DNA of 54,551 nt from an uncultured Candidatus Saccharibacteria bacterium (GTDB taxonomy: Bacteria > Patescibacteriota > Doudnabacteria > UBA920), in assembly GCA_964536745.1 (NCBI GenBank), contig CAZHYL010000006.1, positions 1 through 54,551 on the forward strand. Reading direction: 5' to 3'. Position 1 is the stretch's first letter, and each line of letters opens with the position of its first letter. Positions 45,195 through 54,551 of this stretch are shown here, in pieces. The notes beneath the pieces were generated by a model. It was not told where the DNA came from. It searched no databases and saw only the letters and a program-made list of their open reading frames with translations. The translations under genes and the position numbers were made by a program.

Positions 45195-45872
45195 ATGGCT
45201 ACAAATACAGCCTCATTAAGTTTTTATCAAAAATTAACGAAATTACTGGCCGAAAAACCAGTAATTTTACAATTGCTTAAGTTTGCCGCCATTGGTTCTC
45301 TGAATACAGCTCTTGATTTTATTATTTTAAATTATTTAACCAAATCGGCGGGTATTACCTCTGGCTTATCCTTAGGTTTAGTTAACATTATTGGTTTTAG
45401 TGCAGCTACTATTCAAAGCTATATTTGGAACAGGGCATGGACTTTTGCTAGCAGTGTTGCTTCTCCGATGATTAATTTAGTCCGATTAATGTTGGTTGGT
45501 GGTTTAGGTTTCATTACTTTTGTTGCTGTTTTCTTTGGTGGACTTTCATCAGTATCCGAAAATTACTATCTATTTATGTTGGTGGTATTTTTATTTGCCG
45601 AAGTTTTGATTTGGTTTGGTTTTAAGCTTTCATTGAAGGGGTCTGGTCAAGATAAGAAAATTGGTCATGAGTTCGGTGCATTTGTAATGATTAGTATTGT
45701 TGGTGGGCTAATTAACAGCTCGATTGTAGCTGGCGCTTCTTATGCCTTAGCTCCAAATTTAGCTAATTTGATTAATATCGACACAATAAAGAATATTTCC
45801 AAGATTCTTGCGACGGCTGTTTCCTTAATTTGGAATTTTATAGGTTACAAGCTGGTAGTTTTCCGGAAATAA
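45195..45872 (+). CDS. GtrA family flippase-like protein (duplicated domain)
   Basis: LKFAAIGSLNTALDF, SYIWNRAWTF, WNFIGYKLVVF. Confidence 0.88.
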   Translation: MATNTASLSFYQKLTKLLAEKPVILQLLKFAAIGSLNTALDFIILNYLTKSAGITSGLSLGLVNIIGFSAATIQSYIWNRAWTFASSVASPMINLVRLMLVGGLGFITFVAVFFGGLSSVSENYYLFMLVVFLFAEVLIWFGFKLSLKGSGQDKKIGHEFGAFVMISIVGGLINSSIVAGASYALAPNLANLINIDTIKNISKILATAVSLIWNFIGYKLVVFRK

Positions 45873-45889
45873 GCCATATTTTTTCACTC

Positions 45890-45928
45890 AAAACCGCCTA
45901 TATTTTTTAGCAAAAATAGGCGGTTTTT
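45890..45928 (+). terminator. Terminator before dnaX
   Basis: AAAACCGCCTAT...ATAGGCGGTTTTT, followed by TGGTATAAT at 45932-45940. Confidence 0.75.
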
Positions 45929-46006
45929 GTATGGTATAATTAGAGGAGAAGAACCTGCGATTGGTGGTTCAATTTTTCTTGTTAACTATAAACTTTTTAT
46001 AACAAA

Positions 46007-47521
46007 ATGGCTGTTTTTTACCAAACATATCGTCCTCAAAATTTTTCTGAAGTTATTGGTCAGGAATCCATTGTAAAAGCTCTTCAGCAAGCATCTTCCT
46101 CTGGCAAATTAGGTCATGCTTATTTGTTTACGGGAAGTCGTGGTATTGGAAAAACAACTTTAGCAAGAATTTTAGCTAAAGCCGCCAACTGTCAGAAATT
46201 AGCTAATGGTGATCCATGTGGTAAGTGTGATTCATGCTCCGCAATTAGTAAGGGATCATTTTTGGACTGCGTAGAGATTGATGCAGCTTCTCATACAGGC
46301 GTAGATAATATTCGAGAGTTAATTGATACAATTGCTTTTCAACCAAGCATCGGAACGACTAAAGTATTTATTATCGATGAAGTTCACATGCTTTCAAAGC
46401 CTGCTTTTAACGCATTGCTGAAAACTTTAGAAGAGCCACCAAGTCATGTGATGTTTATTTTGGCCACCACAGATATTGAAAAAGTTCCCGAGACAATCGT
46501 TTCTCGTACCCAGCGATTTGATTTTCGTAAGATTACAGCCGAACAAATCAAAAAAGCTTTACAGAAGATTGTTAAAAAAGAAAAATTAGATTTACCAGAC
46601 CATGCTTTAGACATTATTGTAGAAAATAGTGAGGGCGGACTTAGAGATGCACTTTCTCAGCTTTCTATGATTATGCATTTAAACAAAGACGTTGCTGAAG
46701 AGGATGTGCATGTATTGCTTGGTACGACTTCAACTGCTACAGTCGAAGAGCTTTTGCTTATTATTGCTTCTGGGCAATCGAATTTGTTACCTGCTTTTTT
46801 TGCTAAACAAACAGAATTAAATTTTGACGCAACATCATTTACCAGAAAGGTCCTTAGCTATTTGCAACAGATTATGGAAGCACGTCTAACTAATAATAAT
46901 TTTGCTAAGAGTGAATTAGCTGCGCAATTTAGTTTACCTCAAGTTTTAAATGTGATTAGGTTGTTTTTGCGAGCCTATAAAGAAATCGATAGATCTCTAA
47001 GCCCAGAGCTTCCACTATTGCTAGCAAGTATAGAGGCCGCATTATATATGTCTGGCGGTAATATGAATTCTACTGGTACTGATGGCAGTGTAAAACAAGA
47101 GTCAAAAACTCCTGATAACCCTGTGGTGAAAATGGTTTTAGAGCCAGAAGTCGCTGTTGCAGAGCAAGTATCGGGCAGTGAATTAAACTTATCGCTGGAA
47201 GAAGTAAGTGGGTGGTGGCATGAAGTAGTAACAGAAGTAAAAAAAGTTAACAGCCCGCTGGCAACATTATTGAAAAACTCACCGTTATACGAGGTTGCAG
47301 GCAATCGGATTAGTTTGGCTGTTAAGTACCTTTTTCATAAAGAACATTTAGAAAATGTAAAAAACCGGACTCTAGTTAGCACTATCTTGAGCAAGAGGGC
47401 AGGCGGTCCGGTGGAATTTAGAGCAGTGCTGTCTAAAGAATCGGTTGGTGAAAAAATCACTGACACAGCTACTGCAGTTTCAGATGCCTTAAAAATCTTC
47501 GGCGGCGAACTCGTCGAATAA
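46007..47521 (+). CDS. dnaX: DNA polymerase III subunit gamma/tau
   Basis: YRPQNFSEVIGQ, GSRGIGKTT, zinc Cys cluster, EIDAASH, IIDEVHML, SRTQRF, GGLRDA. Confidence 0.97.
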   Translation: MAVFYQTYRPQNFSEVIGQESIVKALQQASSSGKLGHAYLFTGSRGIGKTTLARILAKAANCQKLANGDPCGKCDSCSAISKGSFLDCVEIDAASHTGVDNIRELIDTIAFQPSIGTTKVFIIDEVHMLSKPAFNALLKTLEEPPSHVMFILATTDIEKVPETIVSRTQRFDFRKITAEQIKKALQKIVKKEKLDLPDHALDIIVENSEGGLRDALSQLSMIMHLNKDVAEEDVHVLLGTTSTATVEELLLIIASGQSNLLPAFFAKQTELNFDATSFTRKVLSYLQQIMEARLTNNNFAKSELAAQFSLPQVLNVIRLFLRAYKEIDRSLSPELPLLLASIEAALYMSGGNMNSTGTDGSVKQESKTPDNPVVKMVLEPEVAVAEQVSGSELNLSLEEVSGWWHEVVTEVKKVNSPLATLLKNSPLYEVAGNRISLAVKYLFHKEHLENVKNRTLVSTILSKRAGGPVEFRAVLSKESVGEKITDTATAVSDALKIFGGELVE

Positions 47522-47542
47522 TAAAAAAATTAAGACAAAAAT

Positions 47543-49162
47543 ATGGAAGATAAAAATAAAAAAATTACATATGCGGTAATTTTACTAGCAGTACTAGCAT
47601 TAGTACTTGTGAATGTTTTTCAACCTGGGGAGTGGAGTTTTAGAGACAGAACTAACTATGATGAGCAAGAACGAATTGCTAGGGAAGAGCTGGCTCAGTA
47701 CAAAGCATTACTAGCTGCGCTTGAGCCGAACTATGCAGCAAGCCAACAATTATTAGAAAAAATTGCTACAGAAGATTTAGTTAGGCAGGAAGTAAACCAA
47801 ACATTGCAGGTTGGTCAGAGAATTGAAGTTCCACAAATTGCTGATTCTGAAATAAAGACAAATCCACGAAGCGATAAAGATTTTGTTGCAAATTATTTTA
47901 TAAAGACCCAGTCGATGTTCGACAATTTTGTTAGTGAAGCAAAACCGGAAAGTCAAAATCTGTTTGCGGACACTACAAATTTTCTAGAATTGAATCGCGC
48001 GGAGAGAACAGCAAAGAACTTGGTAGATAATTTGAAGTCTATGGAAGTTCCTGCAGAGGCCGCAGATCTTCATAAGGCAATCATCGTTGCTTACGATGAG
48101 TATGCTGATATTTTCTCTGAAGCTAAAAAATATGATTCCTCTAGCGGCACAAATCCATGGCCAACAGTTTATAACAAGTATGCCGTAATAGATAACAGGA
48201 TGGCGGTTGTGAAGTCTGAAGTCGAAGATCTTAATAAGAAATATTCTTTCGGACCTAATGAACCATTACCAGAATTTAGCTTGGTTAAAACAGCTCACGC
48301 TCAATTTGGTTTTGTGACCGTTGGGGTAGACTGGCAGATGATTTTGTATGAAGGTATTCGAACAGGGTTAGCACGTGCGTTTGCCCAGTTTAGTATTCAG
48401 ATGATAGACAAGCTGGTTGCACACATTGAAAAGAATTTTGCAATCGCAAGTCAGTTGTATTATTCGAATGAACTCGGAAGATTTTATTCGGTTGAGTATA
48501 TGAAAAAGTTTGTGAAGGATCCACTAGATCAAGATATTATTCAGAAATTCTTACCGGAATATTTCTGTGTAAATTCGAACCCGAAAGATCTTAATAAAAT
48601 TTTTACCGCTAAAGCAGCGACTAATGTTGGCGAGGATATAATAATTAATCCAGGCGATCCGGATTTTGTGCAGAAACTAGCTAGACTTGGTGGTGACGAA
48701 AAGAATTATCCATTATGGTGGGAAGGATATTATGAAAGTTTGGCTGCGCAAACAAAATCAGAAGCCCAATCGGCTGCAACGAAAGAAGTTATCAGTCCGG
48801 GGGTTAAAACTGGGCGTGACATAATCAACGGTCAGGTTAATAAGACTGTTTCTGCAATTTTCAGTGTTCAGGAATCGGCTATTAATGGAGCTATGAATTT
48901 AGGGACAAATAATGCAGAAAATGTTGCCAGTCAATTAGTTGCAGGCATTGTTCAGAATTTAGTAAATAAGTTCGTGTTTACACCAATTAGCGGAGGTGCT
49001 TCTGCCAGCGGTGGAATCGGTGTAATCAAGGAAAAAAATGTTTGTTTGGAAGTCCAGCAAATAAAACCGTTGATTCCAATTCCAGGTTCAGAATACCAAA
49101 CTCCAGATGGTCAGACCTCTACAACTCCAGTAAATACCACGCCACCATTTAATCCAAGATAG
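47543..49162 (+). CDS. Membrane-anchored hypothetical protein
   Basis: N-terminal TM, helical bundle, internal VKTAHAQ, Pro/Thr-rich tail. Confidence 0.7.
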   Translation: MEDKNKKITYAVILLAVLALVLVNVFQPGEWSFRDRTNYDEQERIAREELAQYKALLAALEPNYAASQQLLEKIATEDLVRQEVNQTLQVGQRIEVPQIADSEIKTNPRSDKDFVANYFIKTQSMFDNFVSEAKPESQNLFADTTNFLELNRAERTAKNLVDNLKSMEVPAEAADLHKAIIVAYDEYADIFSEAKKYDSSSGTNPWPTVYNKYAVIDNRMAVVKSEVEDLNKKYSFGPNEPLPEFSLVKTAHAQFGFVTVGVDWQMILYEGIRTGLARAFAQFSIQMIDKLVAHIEKNFAIASQLYYSNELGRFYSVEYMKKFVKDPLDQDIIQKFLPEYFCVNSNPKDLNKIFTAKAATNVGEDIIINPGDPDFVQKLARLGGDEKNYPLWWEGYYESLAAQTKSEAQSAATKEVISPGVKTGRDIINGQVNKTVSAIFSVQESAINGAMNLGTNNAENVASQLVAGIVQNLVNKFVFTPISGGASASGGIGVIKEKNVCLEVQQIKPLIPIPGSEYQTPDGQTSTTPVNTTPPFNPR

Positions 49163-49166
49163 AATT

Positions 49167-50414
49167 ATGGAAGATTTTAAACCTAAAACTGTAAATGATT
49201 CCGAGCCTTCGGATCAATTAACAAGTTCACTGCCTGCCAGAGAAAGTTTTAAATCTGGTTGGGGTTTGATATTAGCTGCGTTTATAGCTGGCGTGGTAGG
49301 TGGATTATACGGTTCATTAGATTTATCACATAGATCATTTTTTCAAAAGTATTTATCTGGCAGTGACGGAAACTCCGGTCAAACGCAGACTATTAAAGTT
49401 GAAGAGGAATCTGCAACTATCGATGTAGTAAAAAAAGCTAGCCCAGCAGTAGTTTCAATTGTGATATCAAAAGATATTAGTCAGATGCGTAGATTTATGT
49501 TTGATCCATTTGGAAATTTTTCTAGTCCTAATGAATCGACGGAGCCCAATATTCAAGAAGTCGGTGCTGGTACTGGATTTTTTGTATCCAAAGATGGGTT
49601 GATAATTACTAACAAGCATGTAGTGTCAGATGAAACAGCTGCCTACACAGTAGTTACGAGTGATGGGAAGTCTTACGAAGCAAAAATATTATCTGTGGAT
49701 CCGGTTAATGACATTGCCATTATTAAAATTGAAATCAATGACGCGCCATATCTTACTTTCGCTGAATCTTCTGATTTGCAATTAGGGCAAAAAGTAATTG
49801 CAATTGGAAATTCATTGGGTCAGTATCAGAATACCGTCACCAGTGGTGTTATCTCTGGGATAGGGAGAAGTATTACAGCTGGTGGGGCTGGTGAGACAGA
49901 ACAGCTTGAAGGTGTTATCCAGACAGATACGGCCATAAACAGTGGCAACAGCGGTGGTCCATTATTAAATCTTGCTGGTTTGGTGGTTGGTATTAACACT
50001 GCTGTCGACAGACAAGGACAATCGATTGGTTTTGCCATTCCTGCAAATGATGTGAAAACTGCACTCGAAAGCTATCAAGATAAAGGAAAGATTACTAGAC
50101 CATATTTAGGTGTTAGGTATCTTACAATTAACCCTGCGATTGCAAAATCTGAGAAATTACCAAAAGATTACGGAGCTTTATTGATAAGAGGGCAGGCATT
50201 AACTGATTTTGCTGTATTGCCGGGCAGCCCAGCAGACAAAGCAGGGTTAAGAGAAAATGATATCATTTTGGAATTCGCTGGGAAGAAGATTGATGAAAAT
50301 AATTCTCTTTCAAAAGTTTTAAAACAGAGTAAGCCTGGTGATAAGGTAGATCTTAAAGTATACCGAGCTGGAGAAGAGATAACCGTTTCATTAACTATTG
50401 GGGAGAATGAATGA
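49167..50414 (+). CDS. htrA: HtrA/DegP family serine protease (trypsin + PDZ)
   Basis: GTGFF, TNKHVV, DIA, QTDTAINSGNSGGPL, C-terminal PDZ. Confidence 0.95.
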   Translation: MEDFKPKTVNDSEPSDQLTSSLPARESFKSGWGLILAAFIAGVVGGLYGSLDLSHRSFFQKYLSGSDGNSGQTQTIKVEEESATIDVVKKASPAVVSIVISKDISQMRRFMFDPFGNFSSPNESTEPNIQEVGAGTGFFVSKDGLIITNKHVVSDETAAYTVVTSDGKSYEAKILSVDPVNDIAIIKIEINDAPYLTFAESSDLQLGQKVIAIGNSLGQYQNTVTSGVISGIGRSITAGGAGETEQLEGVIQTDTAINSGNSGGPLLNLAGLVVGINTAVDRQGQSIGFAIPANDVKTALESYQDKGKITRPYLGVRYLTINPAIAKSEKLPKDYGALLIRGQALTDFAVLPGSPADKAGLRENDIILEFAGKKIDENNSLSKVLKQSKPGDKVDLKVYRAGEEITVSLTIGENE

Positions 50415-50803
50415 AAATAATTGGTATAGATTACGGAACAAAACGAATAGGTGTGGCGATTTCGGATGAGACTCAAACTTTAGCTCGAGAATACGCGATT
50501 TGGCCAGCAACAGATTTCTGGGAGAAGTTGGATGAGTTGCTAGGTTTAGAACAAGTTGAAAAGGTGATAGTCGGTCTGCCACTGAATATGTCTGGAGAGG
50601 AAACAGAAAAGACTAAAGAAGTTAAAGAGTTCATCGGAGTACTTAAGTCCAAAATAAACTTACCAGTAGATTCTGTAGATGAAAGACTTTCAAGTGTAAT
50701 GGCAGAAGAAATTTCTGGTCAGTCAAAACAACTGGATAGCCTTTCGGCTCAAATATTTTTACAAAATTATTTAAATCAAAATAAAACTAATGTCTCAATT
50801 TAG
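50411..50803 (+). CDS. ruvX: YqgF/RuvX RNase H-like nuclease
   Basis: GIDYGTKRIGVAISD, VGLP, DERLSS, D-SAQIFLQ. Confidence 0.93.
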   Translation: MKIIGIDYGTKRIGVAISDETQTLAREYAIWPATDFWEKLDELLGLEQVEKVIVGLPLNMSGEETEKTKEVKEFIGVLKSKINLPVDSVDERLSSVMAEEISGQSKQLDSLSAQIFLQNYLNQNKTNVSI

Positions 50804-51797
50804 ACAAAATCCAATCAACAAGCAGTGGGTACTAATAGCACCTGGTCGAAGTAAACGCCCGGAAGACTTTCGCACCTATAGTGTGAGTTTTGGTTTGCCA
50901 GAGTTAGATCCAGCTTGTGTATTTTGTCCTGGAAATGAAGGCAAGAACCCAGACTTGTGTGATGATGTCTGTAGGATTCCTAATGATAAAAATTGGCAAT
51001 TACGTGTTATTCCTAACAAATATCAATCACTGGAAGAGACTAGAATATATAGAAATCATGATTTTTATAATTCTCGGGCAGGTTATGGCGAACACGAAGT
51101 TATCATCACTCGCGCTCATAACGAACCGCCAGCATTGCAGTCAGCTGTTTTGGTGCAACAAAGTCTAAAATTGTTTCAGGATCGCATTAAGGATATTATG
51201 AAAGATCCTGAGATTAATTACGTTCAAATTTTTCATAATCATGGCAGGGATGCCGGAGCTTCATTAATTCACCCTCATTATCAAGTGCTCGCAACACCTA
51301 TGGTGCCGCCACACGTTCATGATGAGATGCGTGGTTGTTATCATTATCATCAACAGACTGGAAAGTGTATTTATTGCGATATCATCAAGGAAGAACTAAT
51401 TCATCGAGACCGAATCGTGTATGAGGATGATTATTTTGTTGTGATGTCGGCTTATGCCTCACGCAGTCCTTTTGAAACTTGGATCTTACCAAAACGACAT
51501 CATGCTAGATTTGAAGCTACATCAGATATTGAATTACTGCATTTATCTCATGTCTTAAAGAAAGTATTAGGGTCTTTGTATGTGAAATTATCGGATCCAC
51601 CACTAAATTATTATATTCACACCATGCCCAGAGCCTCGGATAAACATATCATTCAAGAGGAAAAAAGCTATCATTGGCATTTAACTGTGTTTCCGAGGTT
51701 AACCATCTGGGCAGGTTTTGAATATGGCACAGGCATCCCTGTTAACCCAATGCCTCCTGAAGTGACAGCAAGATTTTTACGAGGAGAAATGTCATGA
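50790..51797 (+). CDS. galT: Galactose-1-phosphate uridylyltransferase
   Basis: RSKRP, CVFCPGNE, RVIPNKY, GASLIHPHYQ (HxHxQ). Confidence 0.9.
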   Translation: MSQFRQNPINKQWVLIAPGRSKRPEDFRTYSVSFGLPELDPACVFCPGNEGKNPDLCDDVCRIPNDKNWQLRVIPNKYQSLEETRIYRNHDFYNSRAGYGEHEVIITRAHNEPPALQSAVLVQQSLKLFQDRIKDIMKDPEINYVQIFHNHGRDAGASLIHPHYQVLATPMVPPHVHDEMRGCYHYHQQTGKCIYCDIIKEELIHRDRIVYEDDYFVVMSAYASRSPFETWILPKRHHARFEATSDIELLHLSHVLKKVLGSLYVKLSDPPLNYYIHTMPRASDKHIIQEEKSYHWHLTVFPRLTIWAGFEYGTGIPVNPMPPEVTARFLRGEMS

Positions 51798-52477
51798 ACA
51801 AAATTATCGTTGCAAACTGGAAGCTAAATCCTTTAACTGCCCATGAAGCAATCAACTTGGCGTCAAAAATTGACGTAGTAAGTAAGTATGAAGTTGTCAT
51901 TTGCCCTCCCGCACCTTTCATTGCGGTTGTTGATTACATGCATAAGGGAGCGCAAGATGTTTCGGCTCAAGTAAAAGGTCCTTATACAGGGCAGATATCG
52001 GCAGCTCAACTGGCAAGTTTAGATGTTAGATACTGCATTGTCGGTCATAGTGAGCGCAGAGCTCTTGGGGAAAAAGATGAAATTATTAATCAGAAAATCC
52101 ATTCACTGCTTGATTATAAAATTACTCCAGTTTTATGTGTCGGTTATGGAACTACTGTGCTTCAAGATGAGTTAGAAGTAACAGATGTGTTAGGTGGTCA
52201 ATTAACTTCGGATTTAGAAGGCGTAGATGCAAGTAAAGTGATTGTAGCTTACGAACCAGTCTGGGCTATCGGCAGTGGTCGTCCAGCAACACCAGAACAT
52301 GCCGAGCAGATTTCGTTGTACATTTCCACTAAGTTTAAAGTAAAAAGTGTTTTGTATGGTGGTAGTGTGAATAGTACAAATAGCGGTGAGTTTTTAAAAC
52401 AACATCACGTGGGTGGTTTATTGGTTGGTGGGGCATCGCTACTCCCAGATGATTTTAATGAAATAATTGCATCATGA
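51794..52477 (+). CDS. tpiA: Triosephosphate isomerase
   Basis: ANWK, GHSERR, AYEPVWAIG, YGGS, GGASL. Confidence 0.97.
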   Translation: MNKIIVANWKLNPLTAHEAINLASKIDVVSKYEVVICPPAPFIAVVDYMHKGAQDVSAQVKGPYTGQISAAQLASLDVRYCIVGHSERRALGEKDEIINQKIHSLLDYKITPVLCVGYGTTVLQDELEVTDVLGGQLTSDLEGVDASKVIVAYEPVWAIGSGRPATPEHAEQISLYISTKFKVKSVLYGGSVNSTNSGEFLKQHHVGGLLVGGASLLPDDFNEIIAS

Positions 52478-52911
52478 TATATTTAGGCGCCGATCACGGC
52501 GGATACAAATTAAAGGAACAGTTGAAAAAGTTTTTAACCAAGCAGGGACTTGAATTTAAAGACCTTGGGGCTAATAAATTTAAAGATGGTGATGATTATC
52601 CAGATTATTCTGTGAAGGTTGCTAAAGCTGTTATGAAAAATCCACTCTCTAGCTTAGGGATTTTAATCTGTAGAAGTGGACAAGGGGTATGCATGGTAGC
52701 GAATAAGTTTAGGGAAGTCCGAGCTGCATTGGTTTGGAATACAGAACAGGCAAAAGTTAGTAGAAACGATGATATGAGTAATGTATTATGTTTGCCTGCA
52801 GATTTTATTACAGTTAGCGAAGCTCAAAAGATTGTGAAAGTTTGGCTTGCTACGCCATATTCAAATGATCCACGTCATGTAAGAAGAGTAAAAAAAGTAA
52901 GTAGTCTATAA
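52474..52911 (+). CDS. rpiB: Ribose-5-phosphate isomerase B
   Basis: GADHGG, DYPD, CRSGQG, ANK, RHVRR. Confidence 0.95.
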   Translation: MIYLGADHGGYKLKEQLKKFLTKQGLEFKDLGANKFKDGDDYPDYSVKVAKAVMKNPLSSLGILICRSGQGVCMVANKFREVRAALVWNTEQAKVSRNDDMSNVLCLPADFITVSEAQKIVKVWLATPYSNDPRHVRRVKKVSSL

Positions 52912-52919
52912 GGAGTCTA

Positions 52920-53555
52920 ATGATAGTTCCAGCAATTTTAGAGAGTAACGTTAAGTCATTTCAAGAAAAATTAAAGTTAGCCATTAGTTTGAAGGGTGTG
53001 AAAACAATTCAGATTGATTTTGCGGACGGTGAATTTGTTGCCACAAAAACAATATCAGTAGATGAAGTCAAGCTTCCCAAAACTAAACATGAGTTTGAAG
53101 CACACCTGATGACAGTTGCTCCAACTAATCTTGAGGCTTATAAAAAAGTTGGCTTTGATAAGATCATTTTGCATTATGAAGCCTATGCAAGCGAGCATGA
53201 TTTAGATGAAGCATTATCTTTAATTAATAAGTTAAAAATGAAGCCAAGTTTGGCGATTTCTCCCCGAACTCCTGTTTCAGTAGTGAGGTACTTTTCGGAT
53301 ACTGTGCATTCGTTCACTTTACTGGGAGTGTTGCCAGGCAAACAAGGTCAGAAAATGCAATCAGGTACGCTAGATAGGCTTCGGGAACTTCATGATACTG
53401 TAGCTGGCGCAGAAATCGAGATGGATGGCGGGGTGAACGAAAAAAATATTGCAGAATTAATAGATGCAGGAGCAACTTTGTGCGTCACAGGCTCTGCATT
53501 ATTTGATGGTGATGTAAAAGAGAATTATCAGAATCTTCTTCAAGCTTTGAAATAA
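52920..53555 (+). CDS. rpe: Ribulose-phosphate 3-epimerase
   Basis: PAIL, DFADGEFV, EAHLM, PGKQGQ, MDGGV, GSALF. Confidence 0.9.
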   Translation: MIVPAILESNVKSFQEKLKLAISLKGVKTIQIDFADGEFVATKTISVDEVKLPKTKHEFEAHLMTVAPTNLEAYKKVGFDKIILHYEAYASEHDLDEALSLINKLKMKPSLAISPRTPVSVVRYFSDTVHSFTLLGVLPGKQGQKMQSGTLDRLRELHDTVAGAEIEMDGGVNEKNIAELIDAGATLCVTGSALFDGDVKENYQNLLQALK

Positions 53556-53558
53556 ATT

Positions 53559-54401
53559 ATGAGTCCAATCAATTTACAATTAACCGCAAATAATATTAGG
53601 CAAAGCATCATCGAAATGCTAGTTACTGCTGGTAGTGGTCACAGTGCCGGCCCGTTGGGTATGGCTGATGTATTTACTGCACTTTATTTCGAGGTGATGA
53701 AACATAAGCCAGATAATCCAGTCTGGGATGGCCGAGATAGATTGGTTTTATCTTGTGGTCACATTTGCCCTGTACTTTACGCGACGTTGGCAGAAGTTGG
53801 GTATTTTCCAAAAACCGAGCTCAAAACTTTGAGGCAATTAGGTACCAGACTCCAAGGCCATCCTCATAATTTATCGTTGCCTGGTATTGAAACAACTAGC
53901 GGTCCGCTTGCTCAAGGTGCTTCGCAGGCAGTAGGGATGGCTTTAGCTTTAAGGATTGGTAACTTGAAGAATCGAATTTATCTAGTGATGAGTGATGGCG
54001 AACAAAATGAAGGACAAATCTGGGAAGCAGTTATGCTTGCTGGAAAAGAAAGACTCCACAACTTAACGGCAATAATAGATAGAAATAATATCCAAATCGA
54101 TGGTTACACCGAAGATGTAATGCCTCTTGATGATTTGAGGGCGAAGTATGAAGCTTTCAATTGGCACGTCTTAGAAGTTGATGGTCATAATATTCAGGCG
54201 GTCATTAATGCGTACAGGGAAGCTGAAGCCGTTTATGAAAAACCAACAGTGATTATTGCTCATACAATCCCAGGTAAAGGTGTTGATTTTATGGAAGGAA
54301 AATTTGAATGGCATGGCAAGCCTCCGAAAGTGGACGAAGCTAAAATTGCCCTACAGGAACTGCGAACATTACAAGGAAAAATAAAAAGCGAACATGAATA
54401 G
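53559..54401 (+). CDS. tkt: Transketolase, N-terminal subunit
   Basis: SGHSAG, DRLVLSCGH, LQGHP, SDGEQNEGQIWEA TPP motif. Confidence 0.95.
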   Translation: MSPINLQLTANNIRQSIIEMLVTAGSGHSAGPLGMADVFTALYFEVMKHKPDNPVWDGRDRLVLSCGHICPVLYATLAEVGYFPKTELKTLRQLGTRLQGHPHNLSLPGIETTSGPLAQGASQAVGMALALRIGNLKNRIYLVMSDGEQNEGQIWEAVMLAGKERLHNLTAIIDRNNIQIDGYTEDVMPLDDLRAKYEAFNWHVLEVDGHNIQAVINAYREAEAVYEKPTVIIAHTIPGKGVDFMEGKFEWHGKPPKVDEAKIALQELRTLQGKIKSEHE

Positions 54402-54405
54402 ATGG

Positions 54406-54470
54406 TTGTAATTACTTGTTTGTCACTAGTCCTCGCAAGCTGCGGAATCGTTCCAAACAAGTAATTACAA
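54406..54470. repeat. 65-bp element with 17-bp perfect terminal inverted repeats
   Basis: TTGTAATTACTTGTTTG (54406-54422) / CAAACAAGTAATTACAA (54454-54470). Confidence 0.8.
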
Positions 54471-54487
54471 ACTGAGTAAAGAATTTA

Positions 54488-54551
54488 ATGTTAAACCAAA
54501 CACAAAAATTAAATCCTAATCTAAACAAAGATACAATAGAGCAAAAACCCA
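54488..54551 (+). CDS. Probable transketolase C-terminal subunit (truncated by window end)
   Basis: MLNQTQKLNPNLNKDTIEQKP in frame to the window edge, directly after the N-subunit. Identity inferred from context. Confidence 0.55.
   Translation, partial: MLNQTQKLNPNLNKDTIEQKP

Noticed and set aside
1-54551. UGA recoding (genetic code 25), CRISPR array, introns, DGR, integrase or prophage
   Set aside because: Core genes are intact in code 11 and several end in TGA. There is no regularly spaced repeat-spacer array, no interrupted conserved gene, and no reverse transcriptase, recombinase or phage structural gene.

Overview
AT-rich bacterial window read in genetic code 11, almost certainly from a Patescibacteria/CPR genome. 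Evidence: no rpmD (L30) between rpsE and rplO, split transketolase, a solitary VirD4/TraG-like ATPase with a DUF5663-like neighbour, and mostly SD-less AT-rich starts. Left arm (1-10.2 kb): 3' part of tRNA-Leu(CAA), parB, tRNA-Pro(GGG), dut, VIT1/CCC1, Nudix, DUF2207, TspO, a P-type cation ATPase, cupin, rpmB and a site-2 protease. Centre (12.7-31.4 kb): the str-tuf-S10-spc ribosomal protein cluster through secY, interrupted by GC-richer, counter-oriented orphan genes with their own promoters and by several palindromic hairpin or cruciform elements. Right arm: a 12.6-kb cluster with a type IV coupling-protein-like ATPase, a 1516-aa membrane protein and two predicted peptidoglycan-active enzymes (DUF1615-like; SLT plus M15-like), then GtrA, dnaX, HtrA, RuvX and a galT-tpiA-rpiB-rpe-tkt operon. 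Best leads: (1) the syntenic EF-G has both guanine-specificity motifs rewritten (NKxD to NKIN; GSAFKNKG to GGDGRG), while EF-Tu in the same window is canonical; (2) candidate attenuators ahead of rpsL and between rpsJ and rplC; (3) the coupling-protein/cell-wall hydrolase cluster; (4) dispersed orphan cassettes whose SD sits in a hairpin loop. All family assignments come from motif recognition by eye. No searches or folding programs were run, and GC contrasts are visual estimates.
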